64,000 nt of DNA from Armatimonadota bacterium (GCA_039811685.1 JBDHZC010000004.1:96001-160000), one strand, 5' to 3'; counted from the first letter of the stretch, positions 41,571 to 52,120 are shown. Translations and numbers: made by a program. Notes: generated from the sequence alone by a model not told the origin.

Positions 41571-42798
41571 ATCCATGGAAGGACGCGGGCGACCAGAGAA
41601 CGGCATTATCGCGGTTTTCCTGTTGCTCGCATTCCTCGGGCTTGTCAGTGTTGCGTGTGCCAGCTACGTAGAGGCTGGGCGCAACGTGGGGAGCCAGTCG
41701 TACTTCACTACCAGGCATGCCGGGTTTCTCCTCATTGCCGCTCTGGTAGCTTACGGCTGCGCTCGGATTCCGTCCTCGGGCTGGCGCGTGCTTTCGTTTG
41801 GAATCTACCTGCTGGCGTTGTTCCTGTCGCTTGCTGTCCTTATGCCGGGTCTCGGCGCATCTGCCAATGGCGCGACACGTTGGCTGAAACTGGGTCCAGT
41901 TAAGGTTCAGCCTTCTGAGCTCCTCAAGCTGGGAGTCATTCTGGCGATGTCCGCTTATCTGACCACCAGATCTGGCAGTACGCGGCGGTTGTTCCCGGGA
42001 ATGGCCGGCGCGCTTTCTCTGATGGGCCTTCCTGCCCTGATAGTGTTAAAACAGGACGATCTTGGAACGGCGATAGTCCTTATGCTTATCGGGATTGCGC
42101 TTCTGTTTGCTGCGGGAACGCCGAAGCGCTACATGGCGCTGACTCTGGCTGGAATCACTCTGCTGGGATGTGCGGCTATTATTCACGCTCCATACCGTCA
42201 GGACCGCGTAAAAGCGTGGCTGGATCCCTGGCGTCACAAAGCCGACGAAGGCTATCAGAATGTTCAGGCGTACTATGCGTTTGGTCAGGGTGGCTGGCAT
42301 GGCGTCGGCATCGGCCAGGGTATGGCCAAGTACTATCTCCCCGCGCCACATACTGACTTTGTTTTTGCGACAGTCGCAGAAGAGACCGGGATATTCGGAA
42401 CCAGTGTAATCGTGGGACTCTTTGGCTATCTGGCGTGGATGGGACTGCGCGTGTCCCGGCGCTCGAAATCCGCTTTTGGCCGGCTGGCCAGTGTAGGCGC
42501 CGTAACTTATTTGTGCGGGCAGGCTTGTCTCAACATTGCCGTTGTCACCGGTCTTTTCCCCTGCACGGGCGTCCCATTGCCTTTCATCAGCTACGGGGGT
42601 ACGTCTCTTATTGTTGGTGGCGCCGCGCTGGGCCTGTTGTATTCATTTTCAAAAAACACTGTTCTTGCCACCAAGGAGGACCGCGATGAAGGTCATGGTT
42701 ACCGGGGGAGGGACCGGCGGACACGTTTACCCCGTCCTGGCGGTAGTGTCGGCCCTGCGCCGGCTCGACCCCGATCTCCATCTCCAGTACGGCGGTAG
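41563..42798 (+). CDS. ftsW: SEDS peptidoglycan glycosyltransferase FtsW
   Basis: NGATRW, QPSELLK, HTDFVFA..AEETG, TGVPLPFISYGGTS. Confidence 0.93.
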   Translation: MSESMEGRGRPENGIIAVFLLLAFLGLVSVACASYVEAGRNVGSQSYFTTRHAGFLLIAALVAYGCARIPSSGWRVLSFGIYLLALFLSLAVLMPGLGASANGATRWLKLGPVKVQPSELLKLGVILAMSAYLTTRSGSTRRLFPGMAGALSLMGLPALIVLKQDDLGTAIVLMLIGIALLFAAGTPKRYMALTLAGITLLGCAAIIHAPYRQDRVKAWLDPWRHKADEGYQNVQAYYAFGQGGWHGVGIGQGMAKYYLPAPHTDFVFATVAEETGIFGTSVIVGLFGYLAWMGLRVSRRSKSAFGRLASVGAVTYLCGQACLNIAVVTGLFPCTGVPLPFISYGGTSLIVGGAALGLLYSFSKNTVLATKEDRDEGHGYRGRDRRTRLPRPGGSVGPAPARPRSPSPVRR

Positions 42799-43777
42799 GC
42801 AGGGCGGTGTCGAAGAGCGACTTGCGGCGCAGCACAGTATCCCGTTCGTCTCGATAGCGGGCAGGCCGGTAAGCGGCGGAGCGCGCGCGGCCAGAGCGCT
42901 GGTCAGCTTGGCTTCAGGTGTCGCTCAGGCGCGCAGAGTGCTGAGTGCCGAGCAGCCAGATGTCGTCCTCAGTACAGGCGGCTACGCGAGCACGGCGCTT
43001 GCCACCGCTCAGGCGCTGCGCCGACGACCGCTCGTCATTGTAGAGGGCAATGCGCTGCCCGGAAGAACCAACCGTTTTCTCGGGCGCTGGGCTACTCTGG
43101 TTTGCACTGCTTTTGAGAGCTGCCAGCGGCACTTCCCCGGAGTCATCACAGTGCGCACGGGCTTTCCCGTACGCGCGGATATGCTGCAAAAGCACTCTGC
43201 GTCCCAAAGCCGGAAGGCCTTTGGTCTGGATCCGGAGCGTTTTGCGCTTCTGGTCACAGGCGGGAGCCAGGGCGCCGCTTTTTTCAACCAGCTTGTTGCG
43301 GACTGCGCCCACAGACTTATTGCTGAGGGAGTTCAGATTCTGCACCAGACCGGATCGAAAGATCAGGACTTCCAGCCGCCTGAGCAGGATGGGTGGGTGT
43401 GCCGCACCCATATTGAAGATATGGCGCAGGCCTATGCGGCGGCAGATGTCGTCTTGAGCCGATGCGGCGCTTCAACGCTCTCGGAGCTCGCCATACAGGG
43501 CGCCGCTGCCATTCTCACTCCCTATCCATTTGCGCAAGCCGACCATCAGACGTACAATGCAAGAGAGCTTACGGACGCAGGAAGAGCGATCTTTATGGCG
43601 CAGCCGGACTTGACGTCTGGGGCGTTTGCTGAAACCGTCCTTGCGTTAAAAGAGGATGGAGCACGCAGAAGTCACCTGGTGGAGAAGCTCAAAGAGTGGG
43701 CGCGGCCGGATGCAGCGAAGGACGTCGCGGGTCTGACACTCCAGGCCGCTTCCGTGGGCATTGCAGGCGGAGGATGA
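42686..43777 (+). CDS. murG: Lipid II GlcNAc transferase
   Basis: GGGTGGHVYP, GGY, GGSQGA, DHQTYNA; AGGAGG RBS. Confidence 0.96.
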   Translation: MKVMVTGGGTGGHVYPVLAVVSALRRLDPDLHLQYGGRQGGVEERLAAQHSIPFVSIAGRPVSGGARAARALVSLASGVAQARRVLSAEQPDVVLSTGGYASTALATAQALRRRPLVIVEGNALPGRTNRFLGRWATLVCTAFESCQRHFPGVITVRTGFPVRADMLQKHSASQSRKAFGLDPERFALLVTGGSQGAAFFNQLVADCAHRLIAEGVQILHQTGSKDQDFQPPEQDGWVCRTHIEDMAQAYAAADVVLSRCGASTLSELAIQGAAAILTPYPFAQADHQTYNARELTDAGRAIFMAQPDLTSGAFAETVLALKEDGARRSHLVEKLKEWARPDAAKDVAGLTLQAASVGIAGGG

Positions 43778-43789
43778 AATCGGGAACGC

Positions 43790-45235
43790 TTGGCGCACAA
43801 TAGATTGACAGTGACAACTACTCACCACACAGAGCCTTACAGAGCAGATGAGCTTCCGTTCACACACTTCATCGGGATAGGTGGGGCAGGGATGAGCGCG
43901 ATCGCGCACGTCCTGAAAGCATCCGGGTGCGAAGTGCAGGGCTCCGACCGCTTTGAGACTCTTGCGACGGCTACACTGCGCGAGGTTGGGATTCCGGTCT
44001 TTATCGGTCACGACGCCTCAAATGTCAAAGACGCTCAGCGTGTCGTTTACACTCGTGCCGTGCCGGATGACAACCCCGAGCTTTCTTCTGCCCGTAAAGC
44101 GGGAATTCCGGTTATTGAGCGCGCTGAAATGCTTGGGAAGCTGTACGAACTGTTCAGTCAGCGCGTCTCTGTCACGGGAACTCACGGCAAGACAAGCACT
44201 TCCGCTATGCTGGCCTCCATTCTTGTGAAGTGCGGACTGGACCCCACTGTGCTGATAGGTGGGCATGTCCCGGATATCGGAGGGCATGCGCGGCTTGGCC
44301 GCTCTGAGATCATTGTCGCTGAAGCATGTGAAGCGTACGCGTCATTTCTGCATCTGCGCTCCAGTCTCGCTCTTGTGACCAATGTTGACAAGGATCACCT
44401 GGACTACTACAAGACTTACGATCGAGTAAAACAGGCGTTCGTTGATTTCCTGATGAATGTGGACGAAGATGGCGTGGTCCTTGCCTGCGCAGATGACGCT
44501 ACGCTCATGGCTCTTCGCGACAGAGTGCGCCGAAAATGGCAGACATACGGATATGCGGAAGATGCGACCTTCCGCATTATCGAAGTGCATCGCACAGATG
44601 CGGGCGAGTCATTTACCGTGGTGGGTCCACAATGGCGGGAGAAAGTGCAACTGCCGCTTTACGGCCGGCATTTCGTCTCCAACGCGGCGGGCGCGCTTGT
44701 CGCCGCTGTAGAGCTTGGGTGCGATCCGCGGGACGCCGCCGCTGCGCTTTCCAGTTTCAGCGGAGTCGGCCGCCGGATGGAGTTGAAAGGGCGAGCCGCC
44801 GGCGTGACTGTCGTGGATGACTACGCTCACCACCCTACTGAGATTGCCGCCACTCTCGCCGGCGCCCGGGAGCAGTTCGCAGGCCGGCTGACAGTGGTCT
44901 TTCAGCCGCACCTCTTCTCGCGGACAGCAGATCTTCTGGAGGATTTCACCCAGGCGCTTTTGCCTGTTGACAGGCTTGTGGTAACCAACGTCTATGCCGC
45001 GCGGGAGGACCCCGAGAGTGGACGGCAGGCAGACGCGCTTTTCGAGCGTCTCCAGAAGGCCGGTCATACTGATGTCCACTACGTTCCGGACCTTGCAGAT
45101 GTTGGGCGGTGGCTGAGTGAGAGCGTCATCGAGGGTGACGTCGTTATGACGATGGGCGCGGGCAATATCTATGAGGCAGGCGAAGACCTCCTGGCGCTGC
45201 TTGGCAGCAAGCCCGCGACGGTGCAGCAAAGATGA
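43790..45235 (+). CDS. murC: UDP-MurNAc--L-Ala ligase
   Basis: HFIGIGGAGMS, GTHGKTSTS, DDYAHHPTEI, FQPHLFSRT, MGAG. Confidence 0.96.
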   Translation: MAHNRLTVTTTHHTEPYRADELPFTHFIGIGGAGMSAIAHVLKASGCEVQGSDRFETLATATLREVGIPVFIGHDASNVKDAQRVVYTRAVPDDNPELSSARKAGIPVIERAEMLGKLYELFSQRVSVTGTHGKTSTSAMLASILVKCGLDPTVLIGGHVPDIGGHARLGRSEIIVAEACEAYASFLHLRSSLALVTNVDKDHLDYYKTYDRVKQAFVDFLMNVDEDGVVLACADDATLMALRDRVRRKWQTYGYAEDATFRIIEVHRTDAGESFTVVGPQWREKVQLPLYGRHFVSNAAGALVAAVELGCDPRDAAAALSSFSGVGRRMELKGRAAGVTVVDDYAHHPTEIAATLAGAREQFAGRLTVVFQPHLFSRTADLLEDFTQALLPVDRLVVTNVYAAREDPESGRQADALFERLQKAGHTDVHYVPDLADVGRWLSESVIEGDVVMTMGAGNIYEAGEDLLALLGSKPATVQQR

Positions 45236-46173
45236 TCCAATCGACAGACTTGATTACTGAGACCGCGCAGATCTTGAAGGACCGTCTGGAAAGTCCTGTC
45301 TCCCTCCGCGAACCTCTGGCAAAGTACACCACATTCGGTCTGGGAGGATGCGCGGACGTTTTTGTCAATGTGGGGACGCTGGTGGACCTGCGAACGCTGT
45401 TGGCTGTGGCCTTCAGCGCTGGAGTGCCTGTCACCGTCCTTGGCGACGGGAGCAATGTGCTCATTTCAGACCTTGGAGTGCGCGGAATTGTCATCAAGCT
45501 CGCAGGTGAGTTCAACACTTTTACGATTGACGGACGTGAGGTCGAGGCTGGCGGAAGCGTTGGAATGAGCAGGCTTATTGCAGAGACAGCGCGCGCTGGT
45601 CTCGCTGGGCTTGAAAATGTCTATGGAGTGCCGGGCAGCGTGGGAGGTTGCGTGTACATGAATGCGGGCACCCGGTACGGCTGGACGTCAGACACACTTG
45701 TGGATGTCCTTGTTGTGCAGCCGGATGGGAAGGAGAGCTTGATGTCCAGGGACGATCTTGAGATGTCCTATCGTCACAGTCGCCTTCAGCAAATGAACCC
45801 TGCGCCCGTCGTCGCCCGTGCGCGCTTTCGACTTGAGTCCGAAGATTCTTCAGCTATACGCTCGCGTATTGCCGAGCGAGCCAAGGCGCGTCAGGCTTCC
45901 CAGCCACTGAATCACAGAAGCTGTGGATGTATGTTTACAAATCCCGGTTCAGATTCCGCCGGGCGCCTGATTGATGAGTGCGGTTTGAAAGGTCTGTCCG
46001 AAGGCAGCGTGAGTGTCTCCGGCAAGCACGCGAACTTCTTCGTCACAGACGAAGGGGCAACGGCCGCAGATGTCCGAAAGTTGGCTGAGAGAGTGCGGAA
46101 CAGGGTTCGTGAGCGTACAGGTATAACTCTTGATCTGGAAGTCAGACTGTTGGGAGAGTGGCCGGATGAGTAG
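45232..46173 (+). CDS. murB: UDP-N-acetylenolpyruvoylglucosamine reductase
   Basis: TTFGLGG, GSNVL, PGSVGG..MNAG, SCGCMFTNP, KHANF. Confidence 0.95.
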   Translation: MIQSTDLITETAQILKDRLESPVSLREPLAKYTTFGLGGCADVFVNVGTLVDLRTLLAVAFSAGVPVTVLGDGSNVLISDLGVRGIVIKLAGEFNTFTIDGREVEAGGSVGMSRLIAETARAGLAGLENVYGVPGSVGGCVYMNAGTRYGWTSDTLVDVLVVQPDGKESLMSRDDLEMSYRHSRLQQMNPAPVVARARFRLESEDSSAIRSRIAERAKARQASQPLNHRSCGCMFTNPGSDSAGRLIDECGLKGLSEGSVSVSGKHANFFVTDEGATAADVRKLAERVRNRVRERTGITLDLEVRLLGEWPDE

Positions 46174-47221
46174 TGGCAAAAAGGATGTTGTCATTCTGAT
46201 GGGCGGAGCTTCTGCCGAGCGGGAAGTATCCCTGGTCAGTGGGCGGGCCGTGATGGAGGCCATCGACACGGAGCGCTACAACGCTCGCACTGTGGAAGTT
46301 GGCGCTGCCGGGCGCATCGCCGCCCGGGCGAATAGCTCAGGTTCCCAGCAGCAACTGTCGCATTCCGTCAGTACTCTGGAGTCTGACCGGTGCGAAGAGG
46401 TGAGCGCGGCTCACGAGCTGGCTCATGAACTGACCCGGGGCGGACGCTTGCCGGACGTGGTATTTGTCGCTATGCACGGGCGTTACGGAGAAGACGGCAC
46501 AGTGCAGGGTCTGCTGGAGTTGCTGGGAGTTCCTTACACCGGCTCTGGAGTGCTCGCAAGCGCCCTTGCGATGGACAAACTGATGTCCAAGCGCATCTTC
46601 CACAGCGCAGGTATTCCCACACCGCGTTGGCTGTCCATCTCCAGACAGCAGTATGTGCGCTTTGGCGCTCCTGATGTTGGAATGGGTTGTGGATTTCCCG
46701 CGATCATCAAACCCAACCGCGAAGGCTCAACAATCGGCTGCACGCGCATCTCTTCGCAGCGCGAAGTGGAGGCGGCGTTGGAAGAGGCGCTTCGACACGA
46801 TGAAGTCGCTCTCATAGAAGAGTACGTTGAAGGTGTTGAGCTTACTGCGGGAATTCTGGGCGATCGGCCTCCGCAGGTTCTTCCACTCGTTGAAATTCGG
46901 CCAAAGACCGGGTTTTACGACTATGAGGCCAAGTATACGGCCGGGCTCACCGAAAAGATTGTCCCCGCGCAGATCAGCGAGTCTGTAGCGCGCCACACCA
47001 GTGAGATCGCCCAGCAGGTTCACACTGTCATCGGTTGCAGCGGTATGTCGAGAGTGGATTTCATCGTGACGTCTGAGGGACCGACAGTTCTTGAAGTTAA
47101 TACTATTCCGGGGATGACGCCGACCAGCCTGCTTCCGCGAGCGGCTCAGGCGGCAGGCATCGCTTTTACAGACATGATCACGCGTATTATTGAGTCTGGT
47201 TTGGAGGAGGGAGTCAGGTGA
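46166..47221 (+). CDS. ddl: D-alanine--D-alanine ligase
   Basis: GGASAEREVSL.SG, HGRYGEDG.VQG, FYDYEAKY, EVNTIPGMT. Confidence 0.96.
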   Translation: MSSGKKDVVILMGGASAEREVSLVSGRAVMEAIDTERYNARTVEVGAAGRIAARANSSGSQQQLSHSVSTLESDRCEEVSAAHELAHELTRGGRLPDVVFVAMHGRYGEDGTVQGLLELLGVPYTGSGVLASALAMDKLMSKRIFHSAGIPTPRWLSISRQQYVRFGAPDVGMGCGFPAIIKPNREGSTIGCTRISSQREVEAALEEALRHDEVALIEEYVEGVELTAGILGDRPPQVLPLVEIRPKTGFYDYEAKYTAGLTEKIVPAQISESVARHTSEIAQQVHTVIGCSGMSRVDFIVTSEGPTVLEVNTIPGMTPTSLLPRAAQAAGIAFTDMITRIIESGLEEGVR

Positions 47222-48012
47222 GAAGGCGGCGGCTCTACCCACAGGCAGGCAAGACGGATATGGCGCTCCGCGCTGTCCGGCGAGCGCGGAAGCTCACGCG
47301 CACGCTCATCAACGCGGCCGCTGTGGCACTGTGTGTGGAAGCAGTGCTGTTTCTATTCACCTCACCGCACCTGCAGGTTGACAAGGTAGTGGTGCAGGGT
47401 GGCTCTCCCGCCGTCAATGCCTGGGCGACGGCGCAACTGAAAACAGCCATTGGAACCAACTTCCTCCGCGCACCCGTTCAATCTCTTGAAGCGACTGTTG
47501 CCGCTCATCCGTTTATCAAGGACGTGGCAGTGGCGCGACGCCTGCCAACGACGCTGGCTATGCGGGTGGTCGAGCGAAAGCCGTATGCTTGCGTCAGATC
47601 GAAGGGGACTGTGTACATTGTGGACCAGGATCTGGTGCCGTTCAGAACGGCGTCTGCTCCACTTAAGGGATGCGCGGTGCTGGATGTCTCTGGCGCGAGT
47701 CCTCCACAGCTCGGAAAAAAGTGGACGAGCGCCTATGTGAAGCAGGTTGTGCGAGGTCTGGAGGTAGCTCGCGACAGGGGGTTGAAAGCGCTCCGTGTGT
47801 CAATTGACCGGGACGGCTACATGTGCTTAAATACGGTGGACGGAGTGCAGATTCGCGCCGGTTCACCTCAAGATATTGAGAAAAAGCTTTACGAAGCTTC
47901 CAGATTTCTCATGTCTCAGGCTGTGCCGCTCGATCAGATCCAATACGTCGATGTAAGCTGTCCGACAGCCCCCGCTTTGGGCCCGCGTACAGCAAAATCG
48001 GCGACCCCATAG
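47218..48012 (+). CDS. ftsQ: Cell division protein FtsQ/DivIB
   Basis: TM followed by POTRA (V.RRLPTTL..VVERKP), C-terminal YVDVS; dcw position. Confidence 0.85.
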   Translation: MRRRRLYPQAGKTDMALRAVRRARKLTRTLINAAAVALCVEAVLFLFTSPHLQVDKVVVQGGSPAVNAWATAQLKTAIGTNFLRAPVQSLEATVAAHPFIKDVAVARRLPTTLAMRVVERKPYACVRSKGTVYIVDQDLVPFRTASAPLKGCAVLDVSGASPPQLGKKWTSAYVKQVVRGLEVARDRGLKALRVSIDRDGYMCLNTVDGVQIRAGSPQDIEKKLYEASRFLMSQAVPLDQIQYVDVSCPTAPALGPRTAKSATP

Positions 48013-48134
48013 ATTCGCCCGAGCTGCCGCGCACAGGCGACATGCCGCGCAGATATCTGTGGCGTGACGCCAACTCTAACTGAACTGATCCCCGAAAATC
48101 TCGGGGTTTCCCAATCTCTCGAGTAGGTGTAGCA

Positions 48135-48920
48135 ATGAATGGATTTTTCAGCCAGCTTTCAGTTCGAAGATGGCTGTTCAACGTCACCCTGATGTGCCTG
48201 TTGCTTGGTGGCTTGCTGGCTGCCACTCTCAACACGCAGGCGGGCCTGAAGCGAGATCTGGGGCTGGAAGGCGGCGCGCAGGGCGGGAGACTTCCGTGGC
48301 TGGTTCAGACGCTGAAAGAACAGCGGGATACTAATGAAAATCTGAAGGGTACAATCCAGGGCTTGCGGAAGCAGGTGGAGAAGTACGAGACAGCCGTTGC
48401 TGACACCAGCAAGACGACGGACGCTCTCAACAAAGAGGTGCAGGATCTGAAGTTGCTCAGCGGCTTGACGACAGTCAAAGGGCAGGGTGTGGTTGTCACG
48501 CTTGACGACAACAAGAAATCATCTCTCCTGCAGTCACAGTCCGAAGACGCCAACGGCTTTCCGATGTACATTGTTCACGATTGGGACCTTCGGGCTTTTG
48601 TGAGCGAGCTGTTTGCTTCGGGGGCTGAGGCGGTGTCAATCAATGAACATCGGCTCAGTTCGCGCTCGTCTATCCGGTGTGTGGGGCCTGTGATTATGGT
48701 AAATGGCGATCCAGCTGCGCCTCCATTTGTGATAAAAGCGATTGGCGATAGCAAGGCGCTGGCGAGTGCGCTTAACATGCCGGGCGGCGTTGTGGACAGC
48801 GCAAGGGCAGATGGAGTAGGGCCAAAGGTGAAGGTGGAGCCTTCTGCGGGACTGGAGATTCCGCCGTTCACAGGCGCTACGAACTTCAAATACGCAAGAC
48901 AGGTGCCTTCCAAAGGCTAG
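48135..48920 (+). CDS. DUF881 family protein (YlxW/YlxX-like)
   Basis: GLTTVKGQGVVVTLDD, VHDWDL..VSELFASGAEAVSIN, IRCVGP, PPFVIKAIGD. Confidence 0.9.
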   Translation: MNGFFSQLSVRRWLFNVTLMCLLLGGLLAATLNTQAGLKRDLGLEGGAQGGRLPWLVQTLKEQRDTNENLKGTIQGLRKQVEKYETAVADTSKTTDALNKEVQDLKLLSGLTTVKGQGVVVTLDDNKKSSLLQSQSEDANGFPMYIVHDWDLRAFVSELFASGAEAVSINEHRLSSRSSIRCVGPVIMVNGDPAAPPFVIKAIGDSKALASALNMPGGVVDSARADGVGPKVKVEPSAGLEIPPFTGATNFKYARQVPSKG

Positions 48921-48934
48921 AGGAGATACCGCTA

Positions 48935-49297
48935 TTGGTCTGGCTGCCGATTCTGGCGCTGGTGGCAGGTTTTCTGCTTGTCTGGTTGAGCAGATGGTCG
49001 GTCTCTGGCGACTATGCCAGCTATCTTGGACTGGCAGCGCTGGCGGGGTTGGACTCTGTCTTTGGCGGCATTCGGGCAGGTCTGGAAGGCAAGTTTCACA
49101 CAGACGTGTTCGTGTCGGGGTTTATCGCCAACACCCTGCTGGCGGCGTCGTTGGCGTGGCTGGGCGACCAGATTGGTGTAGACTTGTTGCTGGCGGCCGT
49201 TGTGGCGCTCGGAGGGCGAGTCTTTTTGAATCTATCGCTGATTCGCAGATACTGGTTGACCCAGGTTTCTTTTGCGCGTCGCAGAGATTCCAACTAG
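48935..49297 (+). CDS. sbp: Small basic protein Sbp (DUF1290)
   Basis: YLGLAALAGLDSVFGGIRA.LE..F...VFVSGF.AN.LLA...GDQIGVDL...RVFLNL. Confidence 0.88.
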   Translation: MVWLPILALVAGFLLVWLSRWSVSGDYASYLGLAALAGLDSVFGGIRAGLEGKFHTDVFVSGFIANTLLAASLAWLGDQIGVDLLLAAVVALGGRVFLNLSLIRRYWLTQVSFARRRDSN

Positions 49298-49518
49298 CCG
49301 GGAGAGGTCACCTCGTCGAATAGAGTTTTTACAGCAGGCTGTTTTTCTCTTGGAGTTGTCCGGACGGTCTCATCCGGTGACCGGGCTCGGGCGTCTCTGA
49401 CCGAAATATGGCAGGCGGGAGTTGACAATCGGCGCGCTGTCGCAGGCGCTGATGTGTTAGAGGGTAGCTGTTTGGCGTGGGCGTCAAGATTCCCGGGTCC
49501 GTGCCAAGAGGGAAGTCA

Positions 49519-50751
49519 TTGAGTCGAACCGAGATCATTGCCGGACTGGATGTCGGAACTACCAAGACGTGCATGGTAATTGCCGAGATTCACTCCAACG
49601 ACCGCATCGACATTATCGGCGAGGGCCTGGAGCCCTCGAGGGGCATTCAGCGCGGTGTGGTAGTGGACATTGACGCCACATCGCAGGCCATTCGCCAGGC
49701 GGCGGATAAGGCGGAGCAGGTTGCCGGAGCGCAGGTGACAGACGTCTTTATTGGTGTAACGGGTGAACACGTCTCATCAATGAACTCCAAGGGCATCGTC
49801 GCAATTCCCCATCAGCAGAAGCAGGTGCAGCAGGAGGATGTAGATCGCGCTGTGAAAGCCTCCTGTCAGGTCGTGTTGCCTCCAGATCGCGATATTATCC
49901 ACTCCATTCCCCGCGGGTTCTGCATTGATGGGCAAAACGGTATCCAGTCGCCTGTGGGCATGAGCGGTTCGCGGCTGGAAGTCGAGACGCATATTGTCCA
50001 CGGAGTTACCACTTTCATCCAGAATCTGGCAAAGTGCGTCGACAAATCAGGCCTGCACATAGAAGGTCTGGTGCTGCAAAGCGTTGCCGCGGCCCAGGCT
50101 GTCCTGACACCAGCAGATCGAGATCTGGGCGTGGCGGTTGTTGACATCGGTGGAGGAACCACCGACATCGCTATGTATACCGGGGGCAACATCGCGCACT
50201 CGGCGGTGATTGGCGTAGGCGGAAATCATGTCACGCAGGACCTGGCCGTTGGACTGCAGTGCTCGCTGGCGGAAGCTGAGCGTGTGAAGATTGTCGCTGG
50301 CGCGCTGCGCTCGGAGGACATCGAGGGCGATGAGAAGTTTTCGTTCATGCGAACCGGTGCTGATCAGCCGTCGCAGTTGCCGAAACAGCTCCTTGTAGAG
50401 ATTATTGAACCGCGCATGTCGGAGTTGCTTCAGTTTGTCGAGGATACGCTGACCAGAAGTGGTTGCCGTGGACGAATTCCGGGGGGTATCGTCCTTACGG
50501 GTGGGGCGTCTTTGATGCGCGGTCTGGTCGGTTTGGCGGAGCAGACGCTTGGGATGCCTGTGCGAATGGGAAAAGTAACGGGCGTGGGCGGTATCTCCGA
50601 GTCTGTTTCAGACCCGATTCATGCCACAGCGGTGGGTCTGGCTATCTACGGCGCGCGTCAGGATGTTGTCCGTGAGGAGCCTGGAAGAAAGGGCCTGCGT
50701 GGGTCGCTACTGTGGTTGAAGGATCTGATTCTGGGTTCAAACCCGGAGTGA
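49519..50751 (+). CDS. ftsA: Cell division protein FtsA
   Basis: GLDVGTTK, PVGMSG.RLE, DIGGGTTD, GGNHVT.D, VLTGGAS, ATAVGL. Confidence 0.96.
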   Translation: MSRTEIIAGLDVGTTKTCMVIAEIHSNDRIDIIGEGLEPSRGIQRGVVVDIDATSQAIRQAADKAEQVAGAQVTDVFIGVTGEHVSSMNSKGIVAIPHQQKQVQQEDVDRAVKASCQVVLPPDRDIIHSIPRGFCIDGQNGIQSPVGMSGSRLEVETHIVHGVTTFIQNLAKCVDKSGLHIEGLVLQSVAAAQAVLTPADRDLGVAVVDIGGGTTDIAMYTGGNIAHSAVIGVGGNHVTQDLAVGLQCSLAEAERVKIVAGALRSEDIEGDEKFSFMRTGADQPSQLPKQLLVEIIEPRMSELLQFVEDTLTRSGCRGRIPGGIVLTGGASLMRGLVGLAEQTLGMPVRMGKVTGVGGISESVSDPIHATAVGLAIYGARQDVVREEPGRKGLRGSLLWLKDLILGSNPE

Positions 50752-50824
50752 AGGTCACCGGAAAAAACGACGCCAAGAAAGCCCTAAGTTGTAGCTGAAT
50801 TTTGTTAAAGTTTCAGGCCGTAGC

Positions 50825-50833
50825 TGTTATAAT
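50825..50833 (+). promoter_or_regulatory. Extended -10 promoter element upstream of ftsZ
   Basis: TGTTATAAT in the ftsA-ftsZ spacer. Confidence 0.55.
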
Positions 50834-50944
50834 GGAAACCGCATTTTCGGCTGCTGCCTTTGCGCGGATGTACCCGCAGCCGTTTGTTCTGAATTTTCAA
50901 AAGCAACAGCAGGAGTGGTCCACTCCATGGAGGAACGCTAGGCA

Positions 50945-52045
50945 ATGATCGAGAGACGACAGTCGGATAGCCCGGCGACCATCAAGGTCATCGGAGTTGG
51001 CGGGGCCGGATGCAATGCGGTGAACCGCATGATCGAAACGGGCCTGTCGGGAGTAGAGTTCGTGTGTATGAACACGGATCGGCAGGTGCTGGAGGTCTCT
51101 CACTCCGATACGCGGGTTCAGTTGGGCGAGCAACTGACTCGCGGGCTTGGCGCCGGGGGGAATCCGGATGTCGGACGCGGAGCTGCCGAAGAGAGCCGCC
51201 AGGAGATTCGCAGGTCTATTGACGGTGCGGAGATGGTATTCATCACCGCTGGGATGGGAGGCGGAACTGGTACTGGCGCATCGTCCATCGTCGCGGAAGA
51301 GTCACGCCAGGCTGGAGCGTTGACCGTTGCCGTTGTAACACGGCCGTTTGCCTTTGAGGGACCGCGCCGCGCCCGCAGCGCCGAGCAGGGCGCGAAATCT
51401 CTGAAAGAGAACGTTGATACCGTCATTTTCATCCCCAACGATCGCCTTTTGGAAGTTGCGGACAGGCGGATAAGTTTCACAGATGCCTTTAGGATGGCGG
51501 ACGACGTCTTGCGCCAGGGTGTGCAGGGCATTTCGGACATCATCACCATTCCGGGTCTGATCAACGTTGACTTTGCGGACGTCAAGAGCATTATGCAGGA
51601 CGCAGGGACGGCGCTGATGGGCATCGGAGTTGGCAACGGAGAGGATCGCGCGCAGATGGCCGCTCAGGCTGCTATTTCCAGCCCGATGCTGGAGACGACG
51701 GTGGACGGAGCGCGCGGGATTCTGTTCAATATTTCCGGCGGAGAAGATCTCACCATCTCTGAGGTCAATGACGCTGCTGAGATTATTTTTGCCGCCGCGC
51801 ACAAAGACGACGCGAACATCATCTTTGGCGCAGTTGTGGATCCGAAGTTGGAAGGGGAGATGCGGATCACGGTGCTGGCGACAGGCTTTGATTCCGCTGA
51901 GTACAGCCGACGCCTGGATGGGCAATCAAGACGGCCGGAATCAGAGCCGAAGCCGCAGCCTGCTGAGAGCATCGAAGCTATCAAGACGCCCGAGTTCGTT
52001 CCTGAGACCGAGCTGGACATTCCTGCGTTCCTGCGCCGGCGCTGA
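50945..52045 (+). CDS. ftsZ: Cell division protein FtsZ
   Basis: GVGGAGCNAVN, GMGGGTGTG, NVDFAD, C-terminal LDIPAFLRRR. Confidence 0.98.
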   Translation: MIERRQSDSPATIKVIGVGGAGCNAVNRMIETGLSGVEFVCMNTDRQVLEVSHSDTRVQLGEQLTRGLGAGGNPDVGRGAAEESRQEIRRSIDGAEMVFITAGMGGGTGTGASSIVAEESRQAGALTVAVVTRPFAFEGPRRARSAEQGAKSLKENVDTVIFIPNDRLLEVADRRISFTDAFRMADDVLRQGVQGISDIITIPGLINVDFADVKSIMQDAGTALMGIGVGNGEDRAQMAAQAAISSPMLETTVDGARGILFNISGGEDLTISEVNDAAEIIFAAAHKDDANIIFGAVVDPKLEGEMRITVLATGFDSAEYSRRLDGQSRRPESEPKPQPAESIEAIKTPEFVPETELDIPAFLRRR

Positions 52046-52071
52046 CTTTCGGGCGCTTTTCCCACGTCATT

Positions 52072-52099
52072 GCCCTGGGCGCTTCGCCCAGGGCTTTTT
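52072..52099 (+). terminator. Intrinsic terminator after ftsZ
   Basis: GCCCTGGGCG-CTT-CGCCCAGGGC-TTTTT. Confidence 0.8.
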
Positions 52100-52120
52100 C
52101 GTCTATGAGCTCACGACTGC

